From Ginkgo biloba (Eukaryota; Plantae; Ginkgophyta): a DNA stretch of 20,673 bases. Below are positions 20,607-20,673 of this stretch, piece by piece (within the stretch, counting starts at the first letter, position 1; each line of letters begins with the position of its first letter). A model generated the notes under the pieces. The model made no database searches. It saw only the letters and a list, made by a program, of their open reading frames with translations, and had not been told where the DNA came from. The stretch is taken from positions 8,544,750 through 8,565,422 of the forward strand of contig JANKJI020000001.1 in NCBI GenBank assembly GCA_024626585.2, given 5' to 3'. The position numbers and the translations under genes are program-made.

Positions 20607-20673
20607 GTACGAGTTTCGTAAATCTTTTTATTTTGGATTATGTTAACTACCATCTATTTAGATAACTATATGA
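20607..20673 (+). other. Start of intron 1 (runs off the window)
   Basis: GT donor, an abrupt shift to AT/T-rich composition, and an in-frame stop at 20663-20665 if unspliced. Confidence 0.55.

Overview
This is AT-rich eukaryotic, plant-type intergenic DNA from a gappy assembly with many N-runs. About 17-18 kb of stacked, heavily decayed retroelement debris lies between two CpG-rich, promoter-like ends. The debris includes an L1 LINE ORF1 fragment, two gag fragments, a non-chromoviral Ty3/gypsy RT-RNaseH, a chromoviral gag-PR-RT, a CRM-type protease and a long accessory ORF of unknown function. The right end carries a promoter and the first coding exon of a probable type-B histone acetyltransferase (HAG2/HAT1-like) gene. 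The left end has a weaker candidate first exon on the minus strand, which would make the pair divergent. The most unusual structure is a ~100-bp-periodic array of decayed ABRE-like (GACACGTGGC) boxes that flips orientation part-way and sits directly upstream of the decayed accessory ORF. No intact mobile element, RNA gene, CRISPR array or prokaryotic system is supported. Family calls come from manual translation and motif recognition, not database searches. A gymnosperm-like host is an inference only.
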